In this document: positions 56,231 to 64,000 of the stretch, in pieces
How the letters are laid out: every line of letters starts with the position of its first letter
Position numbering within the stretch: position 1 is the stretch's first letter
From: Eubacteriales bacterium
GTDB taxonomy: Bacteria; Bacillota; Clostridia; Oscillospirales; CAG-272
NCBI GenBank assembly: GCA_045635885.1
Contig: JAZTWO010000076.1
Location: forward strand, 15,054 to 79,053
Reading direction: 5' to 3'
Length of the DNA stretch: 64,000 nt
Notes under the pieces: model-generated
Seen by the model: the letters and a program-made list of their open reading frames with translations, nothing else
Database searches by the model: none
What the model was told of the DNA's origin: nothing
Program-made: the position numbers and the translations under genes

Positions 56231-57106
56231 ATGAAAAATAATATTTTAGAAACTATTGGAAACACTCCCACCGTGCAATTAAAATCAGCTGAATACAATT
56301 GCAATTTGTATGCAAAGCTTGAATTTTTCAATCCGTTTGGCTCGGTTAAGGACCGTGCGGCTTTGCAAATAATCGATGATGCAGAAAAATCTCAAAAACT
56401 AAAAAAGGGAATGAGAATAATTGAGGCGACCTCTGGCAATATGGGAATATCCCTTTGCGGAATCGGGGCAATAAAGGGATATAAAACAACAATTATTATG
56501 CCTGAAAATATGTCACCAATGCGAAGGAAATTAATAAAATCCTATGGTGGCGAATTGATACTAACTGATGCTAATGAAGGGATGAGGGGAGCTGTTGAAA
56601 TGGTTAAGAAGTTTGATGAAAACGCATTCAAAACACATCAGTTTGAAAATATGTCAAGCGTTAGGGCTCATATTTTAACTACCGCACCTGAAATTGACAA
56701 ACAAATGAAGGGAAAGGTTGATGCGATAATTTGCGCAATAGGAACTGGAGGTACAATAACAGGAATCGCCAATTATTTTTACCAAAGGAATGTAAAAATA
56801 ATTGGCGTTGAACCTAAAGAATCTCCATTTTTAAGCAAGGGTTATTCATCTGCACACGGTATTCAAGGAATAGGCGCAGGTTTTTGCCCCAAGATTCTCA
56901 ATATTAATTTAATAGATGAAATTATTTGCGTTTCTTATGACGAAGCAATATCGTCATCAAAGCAAATTCTTAACACTGACGGTCTTTTTGTTGGAATATC
57001 GTCGGGGGCAGTTTATGCAGCTGCGAATAAAATAGCCAATAGAGAAGAATTTGCCGACAAAAATATTGTTTTGATTTTTGCAGATGGTGGCGATCGATAC
57101 TTATAA
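56231..57106 (+). CDS. cysK: Cysteine synthase (O-acetylserine sulfhydrylase family)
   Basis: PLP lysine motif FNPFGSVKDRAA plus GTGGTITG. ATG 56231 follows GAGGTG. Confidence 0.8.
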   Translation: MKNNILETIGNTPTVQLKSAEYNCNLYAKLEFFNPFGSVKDRAALQIIDDAEKSQKLKKGMRIIEATSGNMGISLCGIGAIKGYKTTIIMPENMSPMRRKLIKSYGGELILTDANEGMRGAVEMVKKFDENAFKTHQFENMSSVRAHILTTAPEIDKQMKGKVDAIICAIGTGGTITGIANYFYQRNVKIIGVEPKESPFLSKGYSSAHGIQGIGAGFCPKILNINLIDEIICVSYDEAISSSKQILNTDGLFVGISSGAVYAAANKIANREEFADKNIVLIFADGGDRYL

Positions 57107-59455
57107 ATTATAGAATTGTTCAACAATTCTAACTGCACTCATAGCATCCTTGCCATAGGCATCTGCGCCAATCATTTTAGCATATTCTTCTGTCAAAACC
57201 GCACCGCCTACCATTACTTTTATCTCTTTGTCATAAGAGTGCAAAAGTGAAACGGTTTCTTCCATTGCGGGTAGTGTGGTTGTCATTAAAGCAGATAAAG
57301 CCACAACCTTGCAATTATATTTTTTAGCGGCATCAAGCACGATTTCGGGGTGAACATCTTTCCCAAGATCGTAAACGGCAAAACCGTAACTTTCAAGCAA
57401 AAGCTTAACTATATTCTTTCCAATATCGTGTATATCGCCCTTAACGGTTGCAAGAATTACCGTTTTACCGTTTGACTCACCTGCAGGCATTTTTTCTTTT
57501 AAAATTGCAAATGATTTGCTTGAGCATTCGGCACTCATTAATAGTTGGGGAAGGAAGAGTCGCTTTTCTTCAAATGCCTTGCCAACATTGTTAAGCGCGG
57601 GAATTATTTCAGAATTAACTATATCAATTGGAGTTGAATTTTCAATTAATTCACGAGTTTTTTCTAGCGAAGTATCAACAAGCCCCTTGATTATAGCTTC
57701 TTTTAATGTATAATTGTGCTTGGTTTCATTTGATGAGTTAGCCACATTGTTAAGTGAAAAGTTAATAAAATCCTGACACAAATCATCCTTTGCGTTTAAT
57801 GCGCGGAAAGAGTGATAAGCATTCATTATTTCTTTTGAAGCAGGATTGATTATTGCACAGTTCAATCCGTTTGCAAGAGCCAAGGTATAAAAAGTTGCAT
57901 TAATATTGGCTCTGTTGGGCAATCCGAATGACACGTTTGAAATGCCAAGACTTGTTTTATATCCCTTATAATTAAGTGCTTTAATTGTTTCAAGTGTAAT
58001 TTGCGCATTTTGTGGGTTAGAAGATATAGTCATTGCCAAGGGGTCGAAAATAATGTCTTTTTGAGAAATTCCATATTCATTTGCTTTTTCTATTATGCGC
58101 TCGGCAATAGCGATTCTGCCTTCAACAGTATGGGGTATACCGTTTTTATCAAGTGTAAGTGCAATTACTGTGCCACCGTATTTGTTTACAAGTGGGAATA
58201 TTGCATCCATACTATCACTATCACCGTTGACGGAATTAACAAGGGGTTTTCCGTTATAGATTCGCATAGCATTTTGCAAAACTAATGGATTATTTGAATC
58301 AAGTTGTAGTGGGAGATTACAAATGCCTTGCAAGGATTTTATCACGTCAACCATCATTTTTGATTCGTCTATTTCAGGAAGACCAACATTAACGTCAAGA
58401 ATGTGTGCACCTTGCTCGGCTTGTGTAATTCCTTGTTGAAGAATGTAATTCAAATCACCGTTGCGAAGTGCGTTTTTGAACTTTTCTTTTCCTGTTGGAT
58501 TGATGCGCTCACCAATTAAAATTGGCTCATTTTCAATAGTAACAGTGTGAGTATATGAAGAAACAACGGTTTCTTGTTTGTTTTCAATTTTGGGAAGTGG
58601 AATATTACGAGTTTTTTCAATAATTGCCTTAATATAATCGGGTTCTGTGCCACAACATCCACCAAGAATACTTGCGCCACTTTTTGCGATCATAAGAACA
58701 TAATCTGCAAATTGCTCTGAATTAAGAGAATACACGGCTTTTCCATCAACTACACTTGGCAACCCTGCATTGGGGTTTGCAATTATGGGAAGGGAGGAAT
58801 GCTCATAAAATCTCTTGATTAATGGGAGCATTTTGTCAGGCCCTAAAGAGCAGTTAATGCCCAAAGCATCAACCTTAAGTCCTTCAAGCATAGCAACCAT
58901 TGCTTCGGGATTAGCACCTGTAAGCATTTTTCCATTTTCATCATAAGCATTAGTAACGAAGACGGGCAAATCAGAATTTTCCTTTGCCGCAAGCACTGCG
59001 GCTTTGGTTTCATAAGAATCGGTCATAGTTTCAATAATGACAAGATCTACCCCGATTTCATTAGCTATACGAATGTTTTTTGCAAAAATTTCAATGGCAT
59101 CTTCAAATTTAAGGTCGCCAATCGGTTCAAGAAATCTTCCAAGAGGACCAATGTCAAAGGCGATAAATGCCTCATCAAATTCTGATGTAGCATTTTGCGC
59201 ATTTATAATTGCCGCTTTGATAAGCTCTGCAAAATTATCGTGCTTTAAGCAGTTTACACCAAACGTGTTGGTTGTGATAATGTTAGCGCCTGCCATGAGA
59301 TATTGGCGATGAATATCGGTGATAATTTCGGGATGCTCCAAATTCCAATTTTCAGGAAGTTCACCGGCTTTAAGTCCACGTTTTTGAAGCATTGTACCAA
59401 GACCACCGTCAAAATATATTCTTTTTTGTTTAATAAGATCTCTAATATTTTTCAT
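57101..59455 (-). CDS. metH: Cobalamin-dependent methionine synthase lacking the AdoMet-activation domain
   Basis: Hcy-binding, pterin-binding and B12-binding modules are present, including the D.H..G motif GDIHDIGKNIV. At 784 aa it ends after the B12 domain. AAAGGAG SD. Confidence 0.85.
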   Translation of the reverse strand: MKNIRDLIKQKRIYFDGGLGTMLQKRGLKAGELPENWNLEHPEIITDIHRQYLMAGANIITTNTFGVNCLKHDNFAELIKAAIINAQNATSEFDEAFIAFDIGPLGRFLEPIGDLKFEDAIEIFAKNIRIANEIGVDLVIIETMTDSYETKAAVLAAKENSDLPVFVTNAYDENGKMLTGANPEAMVAMLEGLKVDALGINCSLGPDKMLPLIKRFYEHSSLPIIANPNAGLPSVVDGKAVYSLNSEQFADYVLMIAKSGASILGGCCGTEPDYIKAIIEKTRNIPLPKIENKQETVVSSYTHTVTIENEPILIGERINPTGKEKFKNALRNGDLNYILQQGITQAEQGAHILDVNVGLPEIDESKMMVDVIKSLQGICNLPLQLDSNNPLVLQNAMRIYNGKPLVNSVNGDSDSMDAIFPLVNKYGGTVIALTLDKNGIPHTVEGRIAIAERIIEKANEYGISQKDIIFDPLAMTISSNPQNAQITLETIKALNYKGYKTSLGISNVSFGLPNRANINATFYTLALANGLNCAIINPASKEIMNAYHSFRALNAKDDLCQDFINFSLNNVANSSNETKHNYTLKEAIIKGLVDTSLEKTRELIENSTPIDIVNSEIIPALNNVGKAFEEKRLFLPQLLMSAECSSKSFAILKEKMPAGESNGKTVILATVKGDIHDIGKNIVKLLLESYGFAVYDLGKDVHPEIVLDAAKKYNCKVVALSALMTTTLPAMEETVSLLHSYDKEIKVMVGGAVLTEEYAKMIGADAYGKDAMSAVRIVEQFYNL

Positions 59456-59466
59456 TGTGATCTCCT

Positions 59467-60054
59467 TTACTTTATTCCAATCACCGCAGTAATTGACTTC
59501 ATAGGCATCATCATAAGATTTTCATTAAGAGTTATGCCAACAGTTTGAAGGGCATTGATGCGTGAAAGCAAATCCCTTTGAAAATCAAGGGGAAAGTCTG
59601 CATAGCCGGGGCTAAATCGATTGGTAGTATTAAGGTTTTGACAGATTTTTTCATTTATATAATCCGCAAGACTTTCAACCGCGGCAGATCCGATTGAATC
59701 TATAAAAAATGCGCTTGGGTCATTTTTTAGATATAATTTGGTAATAAGTCTGTCTATTTCAACACCCGTGCTAACTGCCATTATAAATGCTTCTTTAGAA
59801 TCACAAAGCACTTTTGATAGGGAGCTGCTTTTTACCTTGGCAAATCCAAAATCACAAATATTACCGCTAACGATAACGGGGATTCTTATGTAAGCATATT
59901 TGTAATTCACCACACCATTAAATTCGTCAAAGCATTTGTTTAACAGTTCATTTTCATAGTTGATGCCTGCACCAATGCGTGCCGCAAGTTCAATTTTATT
60001 TATTTCAAAATCTGATGGAGATACACTTCCATAGATAACGTCATTATAAATCAT
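59467..60054 (-). CDS. Stand-alone methionine synthase reactivation (AdoMet-binding) domain-like protein
   Basis: A 195-aa ORF between metF and metH whose start overlaps the metF stop (ATGA). Size and position fit the split activation domain known from short-MetH organisms. The motif-level assignment is weak. Confidence 0.6.
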   Translation of the reverse strand: MIYNDVIYGSVSPSDFEINKIELAARIGAGINYENELLNKCFDEFNGVVNYKYAYIRIPVIVSGNICDFGFAKVKSSSLSKVLCDSKEAFIMAVSTGVEIDRLITKLYLKNDPSAFFIDSIGSAAVESLADYINEKICQNLNTTNRFSPGYADFPLDFQRDLLSRINALQTVGITLNENLMMMPMKSITAVIGIK

Positions 60055-60911
60055 TTTATCACGTCCAAAAGATTATTTTGAATTGTTTTTGCCACGTCGG
60101 GCTTGTTCATTGAATAGATATGTACTGCATTAAAACCGTGACTGTATATGTTTCTTGCTTGGTTTGTGGCAAATTCCAATCCCGCATTTTTAAATGAAAC
60201 CGGGTCGTTTTCATATTTCATAACACAATCTAAAAATGATTTTGGAAGAGAATTTCCCGATAAAGCAACAATTCGTTCCAACTGAGAGGGGGCAGTAATC
60301 GGCATAATTCCTGCCACTATAGGAGCATTAATTCCTGCTTTTTCAAGCTTTTCTGCAAAACGATAAAATATCTCATTATCAAAAAACATTTGAGTTGTTA
60401 AAAATTCGCAACCGTGTTCAACTTTGATTTTAAGATATTCAATATCCTTTTCAGTACTTTCACTTTCGGGGTGACATTCGGGATAGCACGCACCTCCAAT
60501 GCAAAAATCACCATATTTTTTAATTTCGTCAATCAATTCATATGAGTAACGAAAATCGCAAGAATTCATATCAAAATTTGCGGGAATATCACCTCTTAAT
60601 GCAAGAATGTTTTCAATTCCAAGCAAGTCAAGTTTGGTAATTTGCTCACGCACAAGCTCTTTGCTTGATGAAATGCAGGACAAATGCGCAAGGGAAGTTA
60701 CACCCAAAGAGGATACCTCACTTGCAATTTTGGCGGTGTATTCACTTGTGCCGCCGCCTGCACCGTATGTGACACTCATATATGAGGGATTAAGCAGTGC
60801 AATTTCTTTTATAGCAGACGAAACGCTATCATATTTGTCGCTTGTTTTGGGTGGAAAAACCTCAAATGAAAGCGATGGTTTATTGCCTTTAATTATATCA
60901 ATAATTTTCAT
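60051..60911 (-). CDS. metF: 5,10-methylenetetrahydrofolate reductase
   Basis: A 286-aa MetF TIM-barrel pattern (SFEVFPPKT, VTYGAGG, NILALRGD); GGAG SD. Confidence 0.85.
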   Translation of the reverse strand: MKIIDIIKGNKPSLSFEVFPPKTSDKYDSVSSAIKEIALLNPSYMSVTYGAGGGTSEYTAKIASEVSSLGVTSLAHLSCISSSKELVREQITKLDLLGIENILALRGDIPANFDMNSCDFRYSYELIDEIKKYGDFCIGGACYPECHPESESTEKDIEYLKIKVEHGCEFLTTQMFFDNEIFYRFAEKLEKAGINAPIVAGIMPITAPSQLERIVALSGNSLPKSFLDCVMKYENDPVSFKNAGLEFATNQARNIYSHGFNAVHIYSMNKPDVAKTIQNNLLDVIK

Positions 60912-60940
60912 TTTAAACTCCGATTATGTATTATCAAATC

Positions 60941-60969
60941 ATTATATCATAAAGTAAGAAAATTTTCAA
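60941..60969 (-). promoter_or_regulatory. Sigma-A promoter of the metF-activation domain-metH operon
   Basis: On the minus strand: TTGAAA, a 17-nt spacer, then TATAAT. The -10 box ends 29 nt upstream of the metF ATG. Confidence 0.65.
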
Positions 60970-61113
60970 CACAGGTTAGAAATAAATATAATTTTAGTAA
61001 AAATATACAAAAAGCAAAGACATTTTTCGTCACTTCATTTTTATGGGCATTAATTGACAATTAATGTAAAAAAAGCTATAATTAAACCATAAAAATATAA
61101 AATGGAGATTTTT

Positions 61114-62778
61114 ATGAATAAAAAAGGGATTAAACAATTTAACAAATGCAATTTGGCTTTAGTTCTTCTCTTGATTATTGAAATGTTAATTCTTTTATTA
61201 ACGGTTAATAAATTAGTTGGATTAATTATTTTTGCTCTTTCATATTTTCTTTACCAAAAGATTAAAATAAAATTACAATATAAGTATGTTTATAGCATTC
61301 TTTATGATGATTTGGATGCCAAAAGATATTATGATGAAACAATGAAAAAGTCCAAATTTGCTTTAAACACCAGTCCTTCAATTACAGCCAATTGGTTTGT
61401 TGGAAATTACAAATATCTTGAAGAATTTCTTACAAATGAGATGAGTATGGCAAAGGGAAATCAGGCGGAATTATTTGCTTTTTGTTTAAAATACGTTTAT
61501 TTTGAAACTAACAATTTAGAAAAAATGAGAGAAATCCACGATTTTGCCAAAGAAATGGATTTGGGCATTGTTAATGATTTCTTCATCCATTATGTTAACG
61601 AGGAGTTCGAATTGTGTCTTAAAGAGTGCGACAAAATTGAAGATTGGGTAAGAAATCAAAAAAACAAGCACGTGACTTTTGAAATGGTAAGAATCAACTT
61701 TATGAGAGCGGTGGTTTATTACAGATTGGGTGAATTTGATAAGGCACGTGAACTTTTTGAAAATATTACCCAAACCGCTCCCAATATGCAATATGCCGAT
61801 ATTTCTCAAAACTACTTAAAAGCAATCGAAACAGGCGATAATCATTATATTTCAAGCGAAGTTTTATTCGTCGACAAATGTGCAGTAACCAAATCAATAA
61901 AAAGGGAAAAACGTCGTCCTCTATTGGTTGCAACCGCTTGGATAGCCGTTATTATGGCATTGATTTTGATTCTTTGGGGATTTGGGTTAAATGATACAGA
62001 AAAAGACCCTGATTTTACAATAGATAAAATTAACACAATGTTTAATGTGGAGTTAAGAAATTATCTTGATGACACTTTTGAAAATTGGTCGATTTTGGGA
62101 GATTATTATTTTGAGCAAGAAAGCATATTTGTAGTTGAGTCGACTAATTCTTTGAATATCGTTGGATATGTTTTTGAATTTGAAGGAGATGAAGTAACAC
62201 ATATAGATTTTAAAGTGTATGCAACCGATATAGAATTTAATAAGTTATATGAAAGCACCTTCTGCTATGACAATTCAAAGGTAAAATTTATTATAAGCGA
62301 TTCATATTATAATTTGTCATCAGAAACATTATATGTTGAACAAATAGAGATTGATGGGTTGACTTATTACTTTGCTATTGTGAATGTAAGAAGTTATGAA
62401 GAGAGATATGCAGAAGCATTTAATGATACAATGACTTATGCATTCGGCAAATACACGGTTTGCGGAAAATATTATTCTAAAGATGATAATATCCAAAGTG
62501 ATGTGTATGTTATTCAAACAAATGACGGTATTCATATAGTTGGTTTTTACTTTAAAATTGATGAATTGGATAAGACGGAGAACGGTTGTTCTGTATATAC
62601 CGAAAACGCTGAGTTTGATCAAAAATATTCAAGCAAAGTGTTCGGGTATGAAGGAAAATTGAGCTTTTTAATAACCGAATCAAGAGATAATATCTCAGAA
62701 GATGTTTTCTCGGTCAATGAAATTGTAATTGATGGAAATGTTTATTATTTTGCCATCGGTGACGGAGAAATTGAATAG
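61114..62778 (+). CDS. Hypothetical membrane protein: TM hairpin + TPR-like region + TM + duplicated C-terminal domain
   Basis: Hydrophobic segments near the N-terminus and at LLVATAWIAVIMALILILWGF. The two ~100-aa C-terminal copies both end in (I/V)DG..YYFAI. ATG 61114 follows GGAG. Confidence 0.6.
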   Translation: MNKKGIKQFNKCNLALVLLLIIEMLILLLTVNKLVGLIIFALSYFLYQKIKIKLQYKYVYSILYDDLDAKRYYDETMKKSKFALNTSPSITANWFVGNYKYLEEFLTNEMSMAKGNQAELFAFCLKYVYFETNNLEKMREIHDFAKEMDLGIVNDFFIHYVNEEFELCLKECDKIEDWVRNQKNKHVTFEMVRINFMRAVVYYRLGEFDKARELFENITQTAPNMQYADISQNYLKAIETGDNHYISSEVLFVDKCAVTKSIKREKRRPLLVATAWIAVIMALILILWGFGLNDTEKDPDFTIDKINTMFNVELRNYLDDTFENWSILGDYYFEQESIFVVESTNSLNIVGYVFEFEGDEVTHIDFKVYATDIEFNKLYESTFCYDNSKVKFIISDSYYNLSSETLYVEQIEIDGLTYYFAIVNVRSYEERYAEAFNDTMTYAFGKYTVCGKYYSKDDNIQSDVYVIQTNDGIHIVGFYFKIDELDKTENGCSVYTENAEFDQKYSSKVFGYEGKLSFLITESRDNISEDVFSVNEIVIDGNVYYFAIGDGEIE

Positions 62779-62781
62779 TGA

Positions 62782-62818
62782 AAAAGCCCTCTGCAATTTA
62801 AAATTGCAGAGGGCATAT
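62782..62818. terminator. Hairpin terminator between two convergent genes
   Basis: Perfect palindrome GCCCTCTGCAATTT/AAATTGCAGAGGGC. Confidence 0.7.
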
Positions 62819-62821
62819 TGT

Positions 62822-63739
62822 TTAGTTAAATAATTCGTTAAAAGCTTTTTCATCAAGGTAGAATGAGTTTTTTATCATTTCTATATTTTGCTCGGAATAT
62901 TCAATTTCTTCTGAAACTATTCTTGCAATATCGTAGATGTTTTCTTCAGTTGAAAGGGAAGCAATAAGACGTACACAGACTGTGGCAAAGCTTAACGAAA
63001 CAAAGAATTCTTCGTGTGACTCGGCTTCTGAGCAATGACGGAATATAAAATAAGCAAATGCACGCAAAAGCTTAGCATCAAGTGACTTGTCGTGTGTGTT
63101 ATCGGTAGTGAATTTATTGAAAAGTTCCTTGTGTTCGGAATTAAGATATTCAAGCTGTGACAGAGTTTTTATAACGTCATCGGCATCAAGATAAATATCA
63201 TAAATTTCATATAAAAATGACATTTTTTCTTCAAACAATTCACAAAAATCAGAGTGTTTAAGAATATCAAATATTCTTTTTCTTTCTCCAATTGCATCGA
63301 ATTCTACTACTTCTGCGGGTGCTTCGTCTTCGGAAATAATGACGAATTCATCAAAGTTATTAGAGTCTAATATAAGCTTGCAAGCCGCCTCACAGGACAT
63401 ACCGATGCCGACCTCTTTGCCTGTATTTGTATAGTTATAAAAACGGGGATGCTCACGGCAGATGTCACAAAGACAATTTTCGCCGCAATTCAAAATGATG
63501 TTGCAAAGTCCTTTTTCATTAAGGTGAGGGCAATGTTCGTTTTCTGAGAGCTTGAAGTGAGGTGTATCGGTTACTTCGATACTGTTGCGGATATTTTCGC
63601 TATATTTACCATCAAGTAAAGAGTATTTTTTTAGTGCGCTTTCGTCGACGTCAATCTCCCAACCAATGCAGCAGGAATGTCTGCACTTGTCGGCAATGCA
63701 GACGAAGTCGTTATAATATTTTGGTGCGAGGAGCTTCAT
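62822..63739 (-). CDS. Cys-rich FliB-like (flagellin lysine-N-methylase family) protein
   Basis: The N-terminus P.YY..F.CIADKCRHSCCIGWEIDVD plus the C..L...GLC and C.C..C..H clusters are typical of that family. AAAGGA SD. Confidence 0.6.
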   Translation of the reverse strand: MKLLAPKYYNDFVCIADKCRHSCCIGWEIDVDESALKKYSLLDGKYSENIRNSIEVTDTPHFKLSENEHCPHLNEKGLCNIILNCGENCLCDICREHPRFYNYTNTGKEVGIGMSCEAACKLILDSNNFDEFVIISEDEAPAEVVEFDAIGERKRIFDILKHSDFCELFEEKMSFLYEIYDIYLDADDVIKTLSQLEYLNSEHKELFNKFTTDNTHDKSLDAKLLRAFAYFIFRHCSEAESHEEFFVSLSFATVCVRLIASLSTEENIYDIARIVSEEIEYSEQNIEMIKNSFYLDEKAFNELFN

Positions 63740-63779
63740 ATATGATTTTCCTTTTGTAATGCTAAAATGTAGTTTTTAT

Positions 63780-63808
63780 ATTATAGCACAAAATTAAGAG
63801 ATTTTCAA
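63780..63808 (-). promoter_or_regulatory. Sigma-A promoter of the FliB-like gene
   Basis: On the minus strand: TTGAAA, a 17-nt spacer, then TATAAT. Confidence 0.6.
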
Positions 63809-63837
63809 GTTAAATATTTTTTGTATTTCCACATGCA

Positions 63838-63875
63838 AACAAAAAAATAAAGGTCGCATTATGCGACCTTTATTT
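63838..63875 (-). terminator. Terminator after tRNA-Trp
   Basis: AAAGGTCGCAT/ATGCGACCTTT hairpin followed by a T-run on the minus strand. Confidence 0.75.
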
Positions 63876-63951
63876 TGGCAGGGGCAGGAGGATTCGAACC
63901 CGCGACCCACGGTTTTGGAGACCGGTACTCTACCAGCTGAGCTATACCCCT
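63876..63951 (-). tRNA. tRNA-Trp (anticodon CCA)
   Basis: The reverse complement is a 76-nt cloverleaf. Acceptor AGGGGTA/TGCCCCT, anticodon loop CTCCAAA, T loop TTCGAAT, encoded CCA. Two non-Watson-Crick pairs are noted (27:43 C-U and 50:64 C-C). Confidence 0.85.
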
Positions 63952-64000
63952 ATATTGTGCCGTCCTTTGACGACTGTGATATTATATCACATAAAAACAA

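Noticed and set aside
60912-61113. Possible SAM (S-box) riboswitch or T-box upstream of metF.
   Set aside because: The region is AT-rich with no conserved S-box or T-box elements. A consensus promoter places the transcription start only about 23 nt from the ATG.
1-64000. Search for CRISPR arrays, IS elements or transposases, prophage genes, toxin-antitoxin or known defence systems, and a dif site near the Xer-like gene.
   Set aside because: By-eye reading of both strands found none. Apart from the Xer-like recombinase, every large ORF has a metabolic, transport, surface, housekeeping or unassigned hypothetical function.

Overview
This looks like a chromosomal segment from a low-GC Gram-positive (Bacillota/Clostridia-like) genome. 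Supporting signs are AGGAGG-type ribosome-binding sites, many near-consensus sigma-A promoters (TTGACA-17-TATAAT) and hairpin+T terminators. I call about 53 protein genes, three stand-alone tRNA genes (Arg-ACG, Thr-CGT, Trp-CCA) and one riboswitch. I saw no CRISPR array, transposase, phage gene or recognisable defence gene. The most unusual part is nt 1-22.1 kb, a co-directional glycan-harvesting locus. It starts with four exported proteins: two tandem GHL10/DUF187 paralogs, a 1107-aa lipoprotein built from uncharacterised repeat modules and 7-Cys motifs, and a NAGPA-type phosphodiester glycosidase. An LplABC-type sugar importer follows. The cytoplasmic set is a ROK kinase, an FAD oxidoreductase, NagA, NahK, an atypical ROK-like protein, GalE, an aldose-epimerase-family protein, an MsmX-type ATPase and ManA. 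Three of the four exported proteins end in the same roughly 20-aa amphipathic C-terminal tail, which may be an unrecognised surface-retention signal. The rest of the window is mostly housekeeping: a GH13 glucosidase, a Xer-like recombinase, a lone topoisomerase B subunit and murD. It also holds three tandem M42 peptidases, PLP enzymes, mnmA/trmL, secA, rsmA, asnA, a MarR plus ABC exporter pair, uxuA, cysK and a split metH with metF. A P-type ATPase is preceded by a probable yybP-ykoY (Mn2+) riboswitch that the ORF track hides under a spurious N-terminal extension. All calls rest on by-eye motif recognition; no database search was run.
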